From: Clostridia bacterium
Lineage (GTDB): Bacteria > Bacillota > Clostridia > DUPQ01
Reading direction: 5' to 3'
DNA: 62,385 nucleotides
Assembly (NCBI GenBank): GCA_046484975.1
Contig: JAWOHX010000103.1
Span: 1 to 62,385 of the forward strand
This document shows positions 56,458-62,385 of this stretch, piece after piece (positions within the stretch are counted from its first letter, which is position 1; each line of letters starts with the position of its first letter). Under the pieces are notes generated by a model. It had not been told where the DNA came from, searched no databases, and was given only the letters and a program-made list of their open reading frames with translations. A program made the position numbers and the translations under genes.

Positions 56458-57675
56458 ATGACCGAGATTTATACCGTATCACAGATCAATGCATATTTTA
56501 AAACACTTGTGGCATCCGATGAGATCTTGTCGGATGTCGGCATAAAGGGGGAAATCTCCAATTTCAGGCACCATCATTCCGGGCACATGTATTTTACGCT
56601 CAAGGATGAACGGGCAGTGGTCCGGTGCGTGATGTTTTCCTATGCGGCCATGGATCTCGAGTTTGCTCCGAGGGACGGTATGCTGGTTGTGGCCAGGGGA
56701 TACATGTCCGTGTATGAGAGGGACGGCCAGTTTCAGCTGGTCGTCAAAGACATGGCGGAATACGGGCAGGGGGACCTCTTTGCCATGTTCCAGCAGCTTA
56801 AAGCAAGGCTCGCGGAAGAAGGACTGTTCCGGGAATCCCATAAAAAGGCCCTTCCCTTTCTTCCTTTGTCCATCGGTGTTGTGACCTCCCGGACAGGGGC
56901 GGTCATCAATGACATCCGCAATGTCCTGGACAGGCGTTTTTATAACCACAGGCTGATCCTGTATCCCGCCAGCGTACAGGGGAAAGGCGCGGAAAAGGAG
57001 ATCATCAAAGGCCTGGACTATTTCAACCGTACCGGAAGCGTGGACGTCATCATACTGGGAAGGGGAGGGGGATCCCTGGAGGACCTTTGGCCCTTCAATG
57101 AAGAAAGCCTTGCCCGTGCCATATACCGTTCCGGCATCCCCGTGGTGTCTGCGGTGGGCCATGAGACCGATTACACCATATCCGATTTTGTGGCCGATCT
57201 TCGGGCACCTACGCCTTCTGCTGCGGCAGAGCTGGTGATGCCTGAGAAATCCGTGCTTTCAACAACCATCCGGAGCCAGTCGTCAAGGCTTTCCAACGCC
57301 ATGCAGGCGCTGGTCCGGGACAGGGAAAAAAGAATCGAAGGAATCAGGAACCGGCCCGTGTTCAAAAGGCCGCTGGAATATGTGCTGCTCCTTCAGATGA
57401 ATCTGGATTTCATTGCTGAGCGCTTCAGGAAGTCCATGCAGCGGATGGCCGAGGGAAAACAGGAAAAGCTGTCAAGGAACGGGGCCCTGTTGGAAGCGCT
57501 GGGCCCTGCCGGGGTCCTGAACCGGGGATACAGCATCACATACAAGGCTGACGGCATCCTCAGGAGCATCCGGGATGTGGAGGAAGGGGACATCGTGGTG
57601 ACGGAGCTGAAAGACGGGAAATTCGCCGGGAAGGTGACCGGCAAGGAGGACAGGAATGAAGAATCTGACATTTGA
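56458..57675 (+). CDS. xseA: Exodeoxyribonuclease VII large subunit
   Basis: It has VSQINAYFKTL, GEISNFRHHHSGHMYFTLKD, IGVVTSRTGAVINDI and GHETDYTISDFVADLRAPTPSAAAE. Confidence 0.95.
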   Translation: MTEIYTVSQINAYFKTLVASDEILSDVGIKGEISNFRHHHSGHMYFTLKDERAVVRCVMFSYAAMDLEFAPRDGMLVVARGYMSVYERDGQFQLVVKDMAEYGQGDLFAMFQQLKARLAEEGLFRESHKKALPFLPLSIGVVTSRTGAVINDIRNVLDRRFYNHRLILYPASVQGKGAEKEIIKGLDYFNRTGSVDVIILGRGGGSLEDLWPFNEESLARAIYRSGIPVVSAVGHETDYTISDFVADLRAPTPSAAAELVMPEKSVLSTTIRSQSSRLSNAMQALVRDREKRIEGIRNRPVFKRPLEYVLLLQMNLDFIAERFRKSMQRMAEGKQEKLSRNGALLEALGPAGVLNRGYSITYKADGILRSIRDVEEGDIVVTELKDGKFAGKVTGKEDRNEESDI

Positions 57676-57871
57676 CGGGATGATGAAGGAACTCGAGGAG
57701 ATCGTGGCAATGCTGGAAGCCGGGGATGTTCCCCTGGAGAAGGCCATGGAAAAATACAAGGAAGGCGCTTTGCTGATCAGCCGGATGGATGAAATCCTCC
57801 AGAAGGCGAAGAAAGAGATCATCACCGTGGGACCGGATGAGTCCTTGGAAAAAGACCATGAACCTGTCTGA
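57656..57871 (+). CDS. xseB: Exodeoxyribonuclease VII small subunit
   Basis: FDGMMKELEEIVAMLEAGDVPLEKAMEKYKEGALL is the canonical XseB pattern. It overlaps xseA by 20 nt. Confidence 0.92.
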   Translation: MKNLTFDGMMKELEEIVAMLEAGDVPLEKAMEKYKEGALLISRMDEILQKAKKEIITVGPDESLEKDHEPV

Positions 57872-58736
57872 TTTTCATTGCAGGCTGACTGCATGCAGGG
57901 AAATGGTGGATGAGGCGCTGATGAAGACCCTGGACGGGTTTTCGGGCTGCCCTCCGGCACTGAAGGAAGCCATGCGCTACAGCATCTGTGCAGGAGGAAA
58001 AAGGGTCAGGCCCATGTTGTTGATTCTTACATATGAGGCATCAGGAAAGACGGACCTGGATGGGGTCATGCCTTTTGCCTGCGCGCTGGAGATGATCCAC
58101 ACCTATTCCCTGATCCATGACGACCTTCCAGCAATGGACAATGACGACTACAGGAGAGGCATCCCCACAAGCCACAAAGTGCATGGGGAAGCCCTTGCCA
58201 TATTGGCGGGAGATGCTCTTCTAAACGGTGCATTTGAGGTCATGCTTGATCATGCAACCACGGAGCAGGCCATCCGGGCGGCTTCCATCATTGCCAGGGC
58301 ATCGGGGGCAGGAGGGATGATCGGCGGCCAGGTGTATGACCTGGAAGGAACAAGGGACGAGGCATCCCTGATGCAGATGCATGCCATGAAAACGGGAAAA
58401 CTGATTGAAGCCGCCGTTCTTGCGGGGGGATGCCTGTCTAGTGCGAAGCCCGGGACCATGAAAAAACTTCAGGAATATGCCGTGCACATCGGCATCGCTT
58501 TTCAGATCAGGGATGACATCCTGGATGTCACCTCCAGCAGGCAGTCACTGGGGAAAGATCCGGGAAGCGACGAAAAAAACGCCAAAATGACGTATCCGGT
58601 CCTGTTCGGAATCAAGGGTTCCCTGGAACGACAGGCAATGCACACCCGCAGCGCGGTGGATGCACTGGTGGGACTGCCCAAGGCATATGGCATCCTGGCG
58701 CAATTCGCGGACATGCTGGAGGAAAGAGAGGGCTGA
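57858..58736 (+). CDS. ispA: Polyprenyl (farnesyl/geranyl) diphosphate synthase
   Basis: It has GGKRVRP, the first DDxxD (LIHDDLPAMDNDDYRRG) and the second (FQIRDDILD). The ATG at 57858 overlaps xseB by 14 nt. Confidence 0.9.
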   Translation: MNLSDFHCRLTACREMVDEALMKTLDGFSGCPPALKEAMRYSICAGGKRVRPMLLILTYEASGKTDLDGVMPFACALEMIHTYSLIHDDLPAMDNDDYRRGIPTSHKVHGEALAILAGDALLNGAFEVMLDHATTEQAIRAASIIARASGAGGMIGGQVYDLEGTRDEASLMQMHAMKTGKLIEAAVLAGGCLSSAKPGTMKKLQEYAVHIGIAFQIRDDILDVTSSRQSLGKDPGSDEKNAKMTYPVLFGIKGSLERQAMHTRSAVDALVGLPKAYGILAQFADMLEEREG

Positions 58737-58737
58737 T

Positions 58738-59184
58738 ATGACATTCATACAAATATTCGCTGAGTTCAAGTTCATCATCATCCCCTGCATCGCCTGGGTG
58801 ACAGCCCAGTTCATCAAATTCGCCATCCATCTCTTCAAAACGAGGAGAATTGACTTCACCAAATTCACCGGGTCGGGGGGGATGCCCAGTTCCCATACCG
58901 CCCTGACCGTCTGCCTGGCCACCCTCATCGGTTTTTCAGAAGGGCTCAGGTCCCCCTTGTTCGGCCTCGCATTGATTTTCGCCCTTGTGGTGATGTACGA
59001 CGCAGCCGGGGTCAGGAGGGCAAGCGGAAAGCAGGCCAAGGTGCTCAACAGGATGCTGTATCACCAGAAAGGGGACGATTACCATCTGGAGGAGGTGCTC
59101 AAGGAGCTCATCGGACATACCCCGGTGGAAGTCATCACCGGCGCGGCGCTCGGTATCCTGATTGCCTATCTCCTGATGCCATAA
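58738..59184 (+). CDS. Divergent PAP2 (DUF212, acid-phosphatase/haloperoxidase-related) membrane protein
   Basis: It has FIKFAIHLFKTRRIDF..GSGGMPSSHTALT and VVMYDAAGVRRASGKQA, which are family signatures. The ATG lies 1 nt after the ispA stop. Confidence 0.8.
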   Translation: MTFIQIFAEFKFIIIPCIAWVTAQFIKFAIHLFKTRRIDFTKFTGSGGMPSSHTALTVCLATLIGFSEGLRSPLFGLALIFALVVMYDAAGVRRASGKQAKVLNRMLYHQKGDDYHLEEVLKELIGHTPVEVITGAALGILIAYLLMP

Positions 59185-59292
59185 GAGGCAGATAATGAAA
59201 GAAACAGAGAGGTATTGTGGTGTAATCGACTTCCTTGCACCCCGGCCCATGCTTTTCGGGTGGACATGTGGATTCCTAATCACCCGGAAGTA

Positions 59293-59301
59293 TGCTATAA
59301 T
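59293..59301 (+). promoter_or_regulatory. Extended -10 promoter element upstream of the large ncRNA
   Basis: TGcTATAAT (59293-59301). The -35 is weak (TTCCTA, 59273-59278). Confidence 0.45.
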
Positions 59302-59304
59302 GAC

Positions 59305-59925
59305 AATCCTAATTGCAGATTGAAAATGAAATAAGGGTGGCGCAGTATTCTAGTCAGTGCTGCCGGCATCGAAGACGGGCCTAAAAATCCGTTAAAGAGC
59401 ACATCGATGAAGTTCCTTGCATTGGCTTGTTACGCCCAGTAGTGGGCTGGTGCCGGGAGTTAAGATTTAGGGGCAGCCTGCAATGGCATGCAGGCGGCGA
59501 CCCCTTTATCGTGGAGATTCTGTTGTCAGGGAGAGGCTGCTTGTCAGCAAGGACGTGGCACGGAAGAAAACCTGTTCAGGGAAGCCTGTTCAGTGTAGCT
59601 TGCCTTGAGTGGAGTTGAGCGGATTACGGATCATGTCAATGGGCAACGGCCGTTGCCATAAAGATAATTGCTGCATGAAACCAACTTTGCAAAAGAGGAT
59701 AGGTGCCGGAAAAGCTGTTGAGGAAATCTCCTAGACTGTTCTTTGGAGATGCATCAAGCATTGCGGTGTAGACTAAGTGGCAATCAGGCAATATTACCGG
59801 TAACGGAGTAACGTAGGCTTTAATGGGAAACCACTGTTCCGGCGACGGGCAGCAGCGTATGGGGAAATCCGGCCTGACCTGAAGTCGCAAAATTTACTTG
59901 GTGTATCGCCACTCTTATTTTTTTT
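59305..59925 (+). ncRNA. ole: OLE (ornate, large, extremophilic) RNA candidate
   Basis: There is a 758-nt gap (59185-59942) with no credible ORF. A long-range 10-bp closing helix pairs AAGGGTGGCG (59333-59342) with CGCCACTCTT (59907-59916). There are many local hairpins and GNRA loops. The position ispA-(PAP2)-RNA-4TM protein-dxs, downstream of nusB-xseA-xseB, is the canonical OLE context. Confidence 0.7.
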
Positions 59926-59942
59926 ATTCGGAGGGTTCATCA

Positions 59943-60542
59943 TTGGGCGTGTCAAAAAATAAAAACAGGACTTCAAAAAAAGACCATGGGAAAAAATGGA
60001 TCTTATTTTTGTTCATCTCCTCTTTCTTCATAGCTGCCTTCCTCATACTGATATCGACCAAAATCATGGAATCCCTGAACATCTATCTGGCAGTCGTTGT
60101 CATCCTCATCATCATATTCATCGGAATCCTGTTTGACACCATCGGCATGGCCGTGGCAGTGGCGGATATCTCCGTGTTCCATTCCAAGGCCTCCCACAAG
60201 CTCTTTGGCGCGCAAAAGGCCATCTGGCTCATCAGGCATGTGGACAAGGTCACCAGCATCTGCAACGATGTGGTGGGCGACATATGCGGGATCATCAGCG
60301 GTGCGGCAAGCACCATGGTCGTCTTTTATGTCGCAGGAACATTTGACAACAGCGGACGCTCCTGGGCAAATCTTGTGATAAGCGGGGCGGTTGCATCCCT
60401 GACCATCGGCGGCAAGGCCATCGGAAAAAGAATTGCTTTGAATAAAAAGAATGATATAGTATATAAAACAGGGATCATCCTGCAAGTTTTTTCCGGGAGA
60501 GATAGACCGAATGCGAAAGACAGCAAAAAGATTGATAGATGA
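59943..60542 (+). CDS. oapA: OapA-like (OLE-associated) four-TM membrane protein
   Basis: There are four predicted helices (WILFLFISSFFIAAFLILIS; IYLAVVVILIIIFIGILFDTIGMAVAVA; VVGDICGIISGAASTMVVFYVA; LVISGAVASLTIGGKAIG). It lies immediately 3' of the ncRNA and 5' of dxs. The TTG at 59943 lies 7 nt after GGAGGG; the track start at 59898 lies inside the RNA. Confidence 0.6.
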   Translation: MGVSKNKNRTSKKDHGKKWILFLFISSFFIAAFLILISTKIMESLNIYLAVVVILIIIFIGILFDTIGMAVAVADISVFHSKASHKLFGAQKAIWLIRHVDKVTSICNDVVGDICGIISGAASTMVVFYVAGTFDNSGRSWANLVISGAVASLTIGGKAIGKRIALNKKNDIVYKTGIILQVFSGRDRPNAKDSKKIDR

Positions 60543-62274
60543 GATCAACCTCCCCGATGGGATCAAGTCCCTGAACCATGAACAACTGGATAAACTGTGC
60601 GTAGAAATCAGGGGGATCATCATCGATGCCATCTCCCAAAACGGAGGGCACCTGTCCTCCAACCTGGGCATCGTGGAGCTGACCGTCGCCATGCACAGGG
60701 TTTTTGATTTCAAGGAGGACGTCGTTGTCTGGGACGTGGGGCACCAGTCCTACGCCCATAAGATACTCACCGGCAGGAAAGACCTGTTCCATACCGTCAG
60801 AAGATACAAGGGGATTTCCGGCTTTCCCAAAAGAGAGGAAAGCGCATATGATTTCTTCAATACGGGACACAGCAGCACCGCCATCTCCGCGGCTTACGGG
60901 TATGCGAAAGCCAAGACCATGCGCAAGGAAAAGGGAACCTGTATCGCGGTGGTGGGGGACGGGGCCATGGCGGGAGGCATGTCCTTCGAGGCTCTCAACG
61001 ATGCAGGCTCCTACCAGGACGACCTGCTGGTCATTCTCAATGACAACGAGATGTCCATTTCAAAAAACGTCGGAAGCCTTCCAAGATATCTGGAAAGGAT
61101 CCGGGAGAAAAGCATTTACGCAAAAACGAATAAAAGAGTGAAGAGCCTGGTGGAACGGATCCCATGGATAGGGAAATGGCTCCGTGATTCCATCCATCGG
61201 TTGAAAGGCGCCATCAAATACTATTACACCCGGGAAGCCCTCTTTGAGGAGTTCGGCTTCAGGTATTATGGCCCTGTGGACGGCCACGATGTCAAAGCCC
61301 TTGTGAAAATCCTGGAAAGCATTAAGATCGTTCCCGGGCCTAAGCTGCTGCATGTCATCACAAAAAAAGGAAAGGGTTATGAAAAGGCCGAATGCCAGCC
61401 CCAGCAATACCACGGCGTAGGAAAGTTCGATGTGCTTAACGGGGTGGACAGCAACGGCATCGGCAAGACATTTTCCGAAGTAACCGGGGAGTTGCTGACC
61501 GGACATGCGGACCTTGATCCGGATGTGGTGGTGGTCTGTCCGGCCATGGCCATCGGGGCAGGCCTTACACCCTTCTGTGAGAAGTATCCGGAGCGGTTCT
61601 TCGACGTGGGCATCGCGGAACAGCATGCAGTGACCTTTGCGGCGGGAATGGCCTGCCAGTCCCTGAAACCCGTCGTGGTGATGTATTCTTCCTTCATGCA
61701 GAGGGCATATGACCAGATGCTGCATGATGTGTGCCTGATGAACCTGCATGTGGTGTTCTGCGTTGACCGGGCGGGGATTGTACCCTGCGACGGAGAGACC
61801 CACCAGGGCATCTATGACCTGGCCTATCTTGGGCACATGCCCAACCTGGAGATTTTTGCGCCTTCCAACCGGAAGGATTATGAGGCCTTCCTCAGCCACG
61901 GGCTTTACAAAGCAAAGGGACCTGTCGCCATCCGTTATCCCAAGGAAAGCTGCCGTGAGGAGCAATGGGAGGAACTGGATCCTTTCAAAGCCAGGATCTT
62001 ACGAAACGGGGAACACATCACGCTGATATCCTATGGCCGCATCCTTCATGAATGCATGAAGGCGGCTTTACTTCTGGAGGAGCAGGGGATACGGTGCGCT
62101 GTCATTGACCTAAGGTGCCTCAAGCCATTGGATCTTGCGACGATCGGGGAAATTGCACCGGAAACAACCCATATGATCTGCTTTGAGGACAGCATCCGGG
62201 AATCCGGATGCGGGGAGAAGATCGGATATTATCTGAAAGAGCATCATCCCCATGTAGCAGACATGGGATGTTAA
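60511..62274 (+). CDS. dxs: 1-deoxy-D-xylulose-5-phosphate synthase, apparently 3'-truncated at a sequence junction
   Basis: It has GGHLSSNLGIVELTVAMH, GHQSYAHKILTGR, VVGDGAMAGGMSFEALN (TPP motif) and DVGIAEQHAVTFAAG. It ends ..HHPHVADMGC*, where full-length Dxs continues with the (I/M)G(L/I)PDxFxxHG... block of about 30-35 aa. Confidence 0.9.
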   Translation: MRKTAKRLIDEINLPDGIKSLNHEQLDKLCVEIRGIIIDAISQNGGHLSSNLGIVELTVAMHRVFDFKEDVVVWDVGHQSYAHKILTGRKDLFHTVRRYKGISGFPKREESAYDFFNTGHSSTAISAAYGYAKAKTMRKEKGTCIAVVGDGAMAGGMSFEALNDAGSYQDDLLVILNDNEMSISKNVGSLPRYLERIREKSIYAKTNKRVKSLVERIPWIGKWLRDSIHRLKGAIKYYYTREALFEEFGFRYYGPVDGHDVKALVKILESIKIVPGPKLLHVITKKGKGYEKAECQPQQYHGVGKFDVLNGVDSNGIGKTFSEVTGELLTGHADLDPDVVVVCPAMAIGAGLTPFCEKYPERFFDVGIAEQHAVTFAAGMACQSLKPVVVMYSSFMQRAYDQMLHDVCLMNLHVVFCVDRAGIVPCDGETHQGIYDLAYLGHMPNLEIFAPSNRKDYEAFLSHGLYKAKGPVAIRYPKESCREEQWEELDPFKARILRNGEHITLISYGRILHECMKAALLLEEQGIRCAVIDLRCLKPLDLATIGEIAPETTHMICFEDSIRESGCGEKIGYYLKEHHPHVADMGC

Positions 62275-62385
62275 CGCCGTTGCGTTCGAAGTCGCGGGAC
62301 GGGCATGGTTTGGCACCGGCGGCGGCGTGAGCCTCTTTGACGGCGTGACCTGGACGACCTATACCGAAGCCGACGGCCTGGCACG
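62273..62385 (+). CDS. Fragment of a beta-propeller repeat protein (two-component-regulator propeller / Reg_prop-type repeat); runs off the right edge
   Basis: The frame starting at 62273 reads NAVAFEVAGRAWFGTGGGVSLFDGVTWTTYTEADGLA. This is the typical repeat (..W.GT..GvS.FDG..WttYt..DGL) of propeller domains in hybrid sensor kinases. Codon usage is GC-rich, unlike the interior. Confidence 0.5.

Noticed and set aside
59427-59890. ORFs 59427-59618 (+, 63 aa) and 59636-59890 (-, 84 aa) inside the long intergenic region.
   Set aside because: They have no RBS, odd composition and no family resemblance. The region shows dense hairpins and a long-range closing helix, so it is better explained as structured RNA (OLE-like).
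59305-59925. Alternative identities for the large RNA: RNase P RNA, tmRNA, SRP/4.5S, 6S, or a group II intron fragment.
   Set aside because: It lacks the RNase P GAGGAAAGUCCGGGC core, a tmRNA tRNA-like 3' end and tag ORF, and the SRP GGAA/AGCA domain IV motif. No intron-encoded protein or domain V-like AGC...GNRA hairpin context was recognised. The gene context fits OLE specifically.
1-62385. Looked for CRISPR repeats, transposase/integrase genes, prophage modules, toxin-antitoxin pairs, restriction-modification or other defence systems, and long direct or inverted repeats.
   Set aside because: None found. Every sizeable ORF has a housekeeping or metabolic assignment. The only recurring sequences are functional motifs (T-box, LexA boxes) and short promoter or terminator elements.

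Overview
The window is about 62 kb of core chromosome from an anaerobic Firmicutes/Clostridia-type genome. Supporting signs are Gram-positive SD sites, two T-box leaders, a PyrR attenuator, Cheo-type LexA boxes and an ispH-rpsA fusion. Both extreme ends (about 1-362 and 62273-385) look foreign. They are much more GC-rich, and each one abuts a truncated gene: a 5'-truncated PdaA-like deacetylase on the left and a 3'-truncated dxs on the right. This suggests a chimeric join or a rearrangement. The interior is densely packed housekeeping genes in classical Bacillus/Clostridium synteny: cmk-plsC-ispH/rpsA, murD, glpK-glpQ, pyrP, rsmD-coaD, miaB-ymcA-mutS-mutL-miaA-hfq, lexA with a divergent yneA-like gene, serS, lysA, alaS, rpsU, purA, engB, ilvE, aroQ-pepP, xpt, a BMP-type nucleoside ABC transporter, efp, and asp23-amaP-nusB-xseA-xseB-ispA. 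The standout is a protein-free, highly structured region of about 600 nt (about 59305-59925). It lies between ispA plus a divergent-PAP2 gene and a 4-TM protein followed by dxs. That size, structure and context match the OLE (ornate, large, extremophilic) RNA / OapA locus, a large ncRNP whose biochemical function is still unresolved. I saw no CRISPR array, transposase, integrase, prophage or recognisable defence system. All coordinates and calls come from reading the sequence and ORF translations only; no searches were run.
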